A model generated the notes under the pieces. The model saw only the letters and a program-made list of their open reading frames with translations, did no database searches and was not told where the DNA came from. Position numbers and translations under genes: made by a program. Shown in pieces: positions 59,928 to 64,000 of a stretch of DNA of 64,000 nucleotides; the stretch's first letter is position 1, and each line of letters begins with the position of its first letter. Origin of the DNA: a virus (lineage: Duplodnaviria; Caudoviricetes); the IMG/VR virus record IMGVR_UViG_3300001598_002233, positions 1-64,000 of that record; one strand, 5' to 3'.

Positions 59928-60974
59928 ATGAATTTACCAGAAGGAATATCTGAAAAGGAAAAGCAGAGAAGAATTAAAATTTCAATTGCCAAGAAGAAGT
60001 CAATTGAAAAGAAAATTCGTGCTTGGAATAGGAAACAGCATTTGGAAGCGTTGAAGAGGAAACGCAAGAGAGAAAAGGAGAAAGAGAAGGAAAGGAAGAA
60101 GCGTGAGGAAAAACGCCTTAGGGAGAAGGAGAAGAAACTTCTTAAATTGGAGAAGATAAAAGAAGCAAACGGAGGTAGGATTCCGAAGAAGAGGAAACCA
60201 GGAAGACCAAGGAAACCTGGGCCGAAGAAGAGTTACTACAAGAAAAAGAAAAAGGCAGTAGTTAAAGAAAGGAAAGAGCCAAAGTTTATTTCTTATAAGG
60301 TGGTTGCTTGTAGAAATGGTAAGGAAATCAAGTTTATGGGACAATTTATTGAGTCTGCAGATGCTTATGAATTGGTTAAGTCCTTATTGGCAGAAAGCGA
60401 AAAGGTCATATTCCCGATAGAGAAAGAGAATAATGAGGTTCTTGAGGATACCAATTTTGAATACCTTATTCTGGAAAGCAATAGAACAGAACAGCCCAAT
60501 CCTTTTATGCCAAATGAATATGGCAAACTTGTGGAACAGAAGACAACAAGCAACAAGTGGATAATCCTTGATAAATTTCCTTATAAGGAAGAGGAATTGT
60601 TTTGGGTATGGGGATATAACCCAAGGACAGACAGAAAAGACTTTCAGTGGATATATGATAATATCATTGTAAATAATTTAAGTGCTTATGACATTAAGCG
60701 TGTTATTCTTTATAAGAACAAGATAATTATTAAAGATGATAATAATGATATTGAAATGATATTATGCAAGACATTATCTGATGCTGTTAGATTTTATAAT
60801 TTGTTAGAAACATTTACCAAAAGAGATAATTTAAAACAAATTGTTTTCCTTGGTTCTTATAATAAGATAAGTGATAAACGCAGAAGGCTTGAAGAAGAAC
60901 TAATGGAATTAACAGGATGGAATAAGACAAAAATACAAATGTCAGGAACGAAAAAACACGCAAAAAAAGAATAG
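59928..60974 (+). CDS. Protein with highly basic N-terminus and AT-hook-like motif (putative nucleic-acid binding), 348 aa
   Basis: K/R/E-rich helix then KKRKPGRPRKPGPKK. Confidence 0.65.
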   Translation: MNLPEGISEKEKQRRIKISIAKKKSIEKKIRAWNRKQHLEALKRKRKREKEKEKERKKREEKRLREKEKKLLKLEKIKEANGGRIPKKRKPGRPRKPGPKKSYYKKKKKAVVKERKEPKFISYKVVACRNGKEIKFMGQFIESADAYELVKSLLAESEKVIFPIEKENNEVLEDTNFEYLILESNRTEQPNPFMPNEYGKLVEQKTTSNKWIILDKFPYKEEELFWVWGYNPRTDRKDFQWIYDNIIVNNLSAYDIKRVILYKNKIIIKDDNNDIEMILCKTLSDAVRFYNLLETFTKRDNLKQIVFLGSYNKISDKRRRLEEELMELTGWNKTKIQMSGTKKHAKKE

Positions 60975-60976
60975 TT

Positions 60977-61072
60977 ATGGAAAAGATTAAATTATTTTGC
61001 TTAAAGCATACTTGGTTGGTGAATATGTATTTGCCATATGTGCCAATGATAATTGACTTTATTGGGTTCTAA
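60977..61072 (+). CDS. Putative 31-aa small protein (MEKIKLFCLKHTWLVNMYLPYVPMIIDFIGF)
   Basis: ATG 2 nt after upstream stop, stops right before terminator hairpin; below ORF-track cutoff. Confidence 0.4.
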   Translation: MEKIKLFCLKHTWLVNMYLPYVPMIIDFIGF

Positions 61073-61073
61073 A

Positions 61074-61099
61074 AAAGGAGAGCGTCACTGCTCTCCTTT
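61074..61099. terminator. Bidirectional terminator hairpin
   Basis: aaaggagagc-gtcact-gctctccttt between convergent genes. Confidence 0.8.
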
Positions 61100-61378
61100 A
61101 ATTATTTTTTTGAAGTTGGATTTTATTCTTTCCCACTTTGACGAATAAGTTTCTTCCTTTGGGGGTTCCGTATTTTCATATGGGTTTGCTTGGCTATAAT
61201 ATCCGTTTAATTGGGGATTGGATAAGTAAGATAGAATCTCGGCCATTTTCGTATCATAATCGGTCATTATGGCCCGTTTTTCAGCATCTAAAAGGGCGTT
61301 ATCGTCCTTCACTGCAGCAATGAGGTCGTCAGTATCTTTTATCTCGTCAAGATAATCTTTTTCTTCTATGTTAATCAT
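61085..61378 (-). CDS. Hypothetical protein, 97 aa
   Basis: ATG at 61378 overlaps stop of upstream gene. Confidence 0.65.
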   Translation of the reverse strand: MINIEEKDYLDEIKDTDDLIAAVKDDNALLDAEKRAIMTDYDTKMAEILSYLSNPQLNGYYSQANPYENTEPPKEETYSSKWERIKSNFKKIIKGEQ

Positions 61379-61793
61379 GGATTTCAATTGAGTCATCTTG
61401 TTTTTCATCTTCTATAATGCTATTTTGAGCATTGCCCTCAGCAATATTTTCAAAAAATAGTTCAACGTGATGGATAAACCATACAATGCCACTCGTAAAT
61501 GCAATATCTGCAAGGACGGCCACCCACCATAGGCCAGTTCCTGCAAGGAGGATGTTAAACGGTGTAATTGCAATCTGTGGAAGAAAGAACCAATCAACGA
61601 GACTGCATATGAGTCCAACATTTGCAGGGAAACACATCATACATCCAAACATACTACCAAAATGCTCACTAATTGAACTGGCAATGTTACGGATGTGCTC
61701 AAAAATACGGAATGGGCCACTTCCAAATACCATCATATTTGATAGTCCGTAAGCGGCGATGCTATAAAGCAATATTGTTAAACCTGCACTCAC
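61371..61793 (-). CDS. Membrane protein, DUF1360-like
   Basis: Hydrophobic segments, GPFRIFEHIR...FGCMMCF (CxxC) pattern. Confidence 0.55.
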   Translation of the reverse strand: MSAGLTILLYSIAAYGLSNMMVFGSGPFRIFEHIRNIASSISEHFGSMFGCMMCFPANVGLICSLVDWFFLPQIAITPFNILLAGTGLWWVAVLADIAFTSGIVWFIHHVELFFENIAEGNAQNSIIEDEKQDDSIEIHD

Positions 61794-62236
61794 TTTTCTT
61801 CTTCGTTTTCGTTAGTCTTTTCCTCAACTGTAGGGACCATTATTTTTTTGTCCTTTCTCTTTCCCTTATAAGTAAAGTCCAATGTTCTCAATGACTCCAA
61901 TGCTATTGACTCATCTTCGAATAATTTACGGAGTTCATCCACCTTAGCCTTTAGAAGCATAGCACGTTCTTGAGCCGTTACCATTTTTTCAATATTATAG
62001 TCAATTGCGTCAAAAACAGCATCAAAGCCATCTTCTATTGAAGCACAGAAATAATATTGATTACCATCATTTCCTGGAGCAATGGAAACTTTAAACTTAT
62101 TGGGAATAGTTTCGTCAACAATCCAAAGGGGAGGAAATTCAACAATGACGTAAACGATTTGCTCGTTGTCAATCGTTTCCACTTGCATTCCCCTAAAGTA
62201 TTGCCCTATTCTTTTTATTCTATCTTTAATCTCCAT
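61790..62236 (-). CDS. Hypothetical protein, 148 aa
   Basis: Coupled ORF in minus-strand operon. Confidence 0.7.
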   Translation of the reverse strand: MEIKDRIKRIGQYFRGMQVETIDNEQIVYVIVEFPPLWIVDETIPNKFKVSIAPGNDGNQYYFCASIEDGFDAVFDAIDYNIEKMVTAQERAMLLKAKVDELRKLFEDESIALESLRTLDFTYKGKRKDKKIMVPTVEEKTNENEEEK

Positions 62237-62240
62237 GATT

Positions 62241-62423
62241 TTAAAGTGGTAGCCCTAGTATTATAATTGTAAGTATGTATGAAATTGCACTGCCAATAAG
62301 AATCAATCTCCTGGTCGTTATATCACTTTTACCAGTAATAAGTGCCCTATAAAAATTAAACCCTTCTTTACAAAGATATAGAGCAGCAAATATCAAAACA
62401 AATAAAAATATTCCTCTAATCAT
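62241..62423 (-). CDS. Small two-helix membrane protein, 60 aa
   Basis: Two hydrophobic segments; first gene of minus-strand operon with TGTATATT upstream. Confidence 0.65.
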   Translation of the reverse strand: MIRGIFLFVLIFAALYLCKEGFNFYRALITGKSDITTRRLILIGSAISYILTIIILGLPL

Positions 62424-62483
62424 AGTTTTTGTTTAAATATACAAAAAACATATGAAAAAAGCAAGAGAAACTATTTATAGAAG

Positions 62484-63128
62484 ATGAAAACATGGCAAAA
62501 AATAGCAATATTCGCTATGATAATGGCGATATGCGTAGCAATAGGATTTTTCACGGGAAGGAAGATAAGTACAATAAAAACAGTTACGGTAACTGAATAT
62601 GTGGAATTACCGCCTATCCACGATTCTGTTACTTGTTTCGTTCCATATGAGGTGGTAAAACCTTGTGATACTCTTAATATTATAAAACAATGTATTAAGG
62701 ATGGAAAATTTGCTGAAATGTGGCCGAAGAGGGAAATAAGAGATTCGATAATTATAACTAAAGCAGATACAACTGCAATAATGGCTGATTGGGCAACAAT
62801 TAGAAATTATAAGGATACTTTGTTTAATTCTGACTCTGTTGGAACTTGTATCTATGAGGCTCGTGTTCAGTATAATGAAATGAAAATGCTTGGATATACA
62901 TACACCCCAATACAAAAAGAGGTAAAGACCATTGAACAGAAGGTAAGAACATTCTCTCCGTTTATTGGAGTGGGGATATCAATTCAGCCTACTGTGGAAG
63001 CAGAGTTTGGTGGCTTTATTGATGAGAAGTGGGGTGCGAGCATATCTGGTAGGTATAATTTAAAACCTGTGGATAATCAGTTCCTATCCAAGTATGATTT
63101 TTCACTTAAAGTGATTAGAAAATTTTAA
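62484..63128 (+). CDS. N-terminally anchored membrane protein with beta-rich C-terminus (spanin-like candidate)
   Basis: N-terminal TM (IAIFAMIMAICVAIGFFTG), C-terminal amphipathic strands ending ...FSLKVIRKF; CTATTTATA upstream. Confidence 0.5.
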   Translation: MKTWQKIAIFAMIMAICVAIGFFTGRKISTIKTVTVTEYVELPPIHDSVTCFVPYEVVKPCDTLNIIKQCIKDGKFAEMWPKREIRDSIIITKADTTAIMADWATIRNYKDTLFNSDSVGTCIYEARVQYNEMKMLGYTYTPIQKEVKTIEQKVRTFSPFIGVGISIQPTVEAEFGGFIDEKWGASISGRYNLKPVDNQFLSKYDFSLKVIRKF

Positions 63129-63183
63129 GCATTGCCTTATTTTTAAGAATAATAAACTATTTATAGAGAAAAATGGTTATAAT

Positions 63184-64000
63184 ATGGGAAAATTAACATT
63201 AAATAAACACTACAGTACACCTTCGCAATGTATAAGCAATTTTGATGCGATATATGGAAAAAGTGAAGTTATCGTTTGCAATGACATAGACCAACCTGGT
63301 ATATATATTTATACCACGGGTGCTTCAGGCAACAAGGCTATAAATGTAATGGATATGTCTGTTATAAAATTAAAGGCTAATCCTAGTACAGCAACAACAG
63401 GTGAAGTTGTTTCTGGAGATACTCTTGAAAACATAGTTTCAAAACTTCAGAATAAAATAAATGCAGCTTCTGGCGTTTCAAGTGGTATAACTGAAAAGGT
63501 GGAAAATATTATTATAGGCGTTGGGCTTAATCCTGATGGTACCTATAAAGCAATTACTGGTAAGTATGTCAGCACCGCAACAACAGTTGCAGATGCTATT
63601 ACATTATTGAGCAATGCTATTGAGAATGAAAAGGCAGATGCTATTGCACAAGGTAAGACATATACTGACACAAAGGTACAAGAGGAAATTGAGAAGCTTG
63701 ACGCTGAGGCTAAGGCCCCTCTTGGAGGCGTATTTACTGCAATTACCGAAACAGATGGTAAAATTAGTGCAGATACGCAGATGCTTGCAGTTGAACTTAA
63801 CCCCGCTATGACTACTTCTAACCACTATGACTTCTATCTTAGTGGGGGTACTTCAAGGCATAAATGGGGTGAAATTGATGTCCCCAAGGACCAATTCTTA
63901 AAGGATGTTAGTTTCATTGCAAGTGCGACTTCTTCTGATATTACAACAGCCCATGACCGTGGATGTATCATTGAGTTGGGTAAGGCTTATCTTGTATTTA
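63184..64000 (+). CDS. Partial virion/tail-fibre-like protein (runs off window end)
   Basis: Open frame from ATG 63184 to end of window with no stop (MGKLTLNKHYSTP...), CTATTTATA at 63157-63165; missed by ORF track. Confidence 0.75.
   Translation, partial: MGKLTLNKHYSTPSQCISNFDAIYGKSEVIVCNDIDQPGIYIYTTGASGNKAINVMDMSVIKLKANPSTATTGEVVSGDTLENIVSKLQNKINAASGVSSGITEKVENIIIGVGLNPDGTYKAITGKYVSTATTVADAITLLSNAIENEKADAIAQGKTYTDTKVQEEIEKLDAEAKAPLGGVFTAITETDGKISADTQMLAVELNPAMTTSNHYDFYLSGGTSRHKWGEIDVPKDQFLKDVSFIASATSSDITTAHDRGCIIELGKAYLVF

Larger units (their letters stand above)
1..64000. other. Segment of a jumbo-type T4-like (contractile-tail) phage genome, probable Bacteroidota host
   Basis: gp25/gp6-like wedge, gp26-like, tape measure, tail fibre, gp32-like SSB, UvsX/RecA, DnaB-like helicase, nrdDG; dense, mostly co-oriented genes; no cellular housekeeping genes. 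Confidence 0.92.

Noticed and set aside
1-64000. Stop-codon reassignment as in Lak/crAss-like gut phages
   Set aside because: Very long ORFs are intact in the standard code, and TAG (e.g. 19976, 36137, 44252) and TGA both end genes at sensible coupled boundaries
1-64000. CRISPR array, tRNA or rRNA genes
   Set aside because: No regularly spaced direct repeats or cloverleaf/T-loop signatures found in the short intergenic regions by eye; tRNAscan-SE/CRISPR finders would confirm

Overview
This 64 kb window is a segment of a large (jumbo-type), AT-rich, contractile-tailed (myovirus/T4-like) dsDNA phage genome read in the standard genetic code. The host is probably an anaerobic Bacteroidota (gut) bacterium, inferred from a TAnnTTTG-type promoter, A/T-rich ribosome-binding regions without Shine-Dalgarno sequences, and a class III RNR. 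Layout: (1) 0-13.7 kb tail tube-like gene, Vsr-like nuclease, gp26-like chaperone plus small overlapping partner, tape measure, baseplate tube-initiator, LysM/gp53-like protein, and a 1643-aa hub ending in a DUF5675 (L,D-transpeptidase-like) domain; (2) 13.7-25.9 kb replication/recombination/nucleotide module (gp32-like SSB, tdk, RecA/UvsX, 5'-3' exonuclease, DnaB-like helicase, nrdD/nrdG, an ART-fold protein); (3) 25.9-35.7 kb an 8-gene, ~9.7 kb glycan-building cluster (2 TupA-like ATP-grasp domains, 3 DUF616 domains, GT2-, GT92-, GT31-like and DUF4422 glycosyltransferase domains, an LbH acetyltransferase and an SGNH/DHHW-like protein), all apparently soluble; (4) 35.7-59.3 kb baseplate wedge (gp25, gp6), several very large virion proteins and an 1818-aa tail fibre with collagen-like and 3x tandem repeats; (5) 59.4-64 kb small hypothetical/membrane genes, a spanin-like candidate and a partial virion gene. 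The best leads are the glycosylation cluster (candidate virion-glycosylation system), a 69-nt near-identical structured intergenic element present twice, a candidate tail-chaperone frameshift, and a possibly packaged ART-fold effector. All family assignments come from motif recognition by eye and need HMM/structure confirmation. No tRNA, rRNA, CRISPR array, intron/intein or integrase was seen.
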